From: Pseudobdellovibrionaceae bacterium
GTDB lineage: Bacteria; Bdellovibrionota; Bdellovibrionia; Bdellovibrionales; Bdellovibrionaceae
Reading direction: 5' to 3'
Assembly: GCA_041288045.1 (NCBI GenBank)
Contig: JBGGMM010000142.1
Coordinates: forward strand, 1-16,129
DNA: 16,129 nt
This document shows positions 15,947-16,129 of the stretch, piece by piece. The stretch's first letter is position 1; every line of letters starts with the position of its first letter. The position numbers were made by a program, and so were the translations under genes. The notes beneath the pieces are model-generated. The model did no database searches. It had not been told where the DNA came from and saw only the letters and a list, made by a program, of their open reading frames with translations.

Positions 15947-16129
15947 ATGAACAAACAAGATCCAAGATACTTTCAAAGACAGCAGCAGAACCGTCGCAAT
16001 ATGCATGATGACAGGAGCCGCAGTCGGCATTACCGGCAGGATATGCCTGACTATGGTCTCTGGGGGGATCGCATTCATCGGCCCTCTTCGGGATTTTCTT
16101 ATTCTGATGCTGAGGCTTATGATTTTGAG
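15947..16129 (+). CDS. 3'-truncated hypothetical protein (hydrophilic, R/D/Q/Y-rich N-terminus)
   Basis: AGGAG at 15936-15940, ATG at 15947, 61 codons open to the window end (MNKQDPRYFQRQQQNRRNMHDDRSRSRHYRQDMPDYGLWG...). Missing from the ORF track because it has no stop. Confidence 0.7.
   Translation, partial: MNKQDPRYFQRQQQNRRNMHDDRSRSRHYRQDMPDYGLWGDRIHRPSSGFSYSDAEAYDFE

Noticed and set aside
15803..16078. 91-aa minus-strand ORF
   Set aside because: Antisense to the better-supported plus-strand ORF with an AGGAG RBS, and has no recognisable features.

Overview
Mostly core-genome sequence. A long minus-strand housekeeping cluster runs rimP-nusA-infB-rbfA-(membrane protein)-truB-rpsO-pnp-M16 peptidase-dut. 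Upstream on the same strand are an outer-membrane beta-barrel gene, a SurA-like chaperone gene and a RimI-like acetyltransferase gene. The plus strand carries a 5'-truncated alpha/beta-hydrolase-like gene and a Yip1-like gene at the left edge, and tRNA-Leu(CAA) plus a 3'-truncated ORF at the right edge. Gene order and protein style suggest Bdellovibrionota or a related former deltaproteobacterium (inference only). I see no mobile element, CRISPR array or defence system, and I cannot support a complete new multi-gene system. The unexplained signal is non-coding: seven ~13-bp AT-rich tandem repeats where the rimP Shine-Dalgarno should be, a ~140-nt multi-hairpin element just after truB, a candidate S15 autoregulatory pseudoknot in the rpsO leader, two tandem sigma-54 motifs before the beta-barrel gene, and a palindrome-rich stretch after the tRNA.
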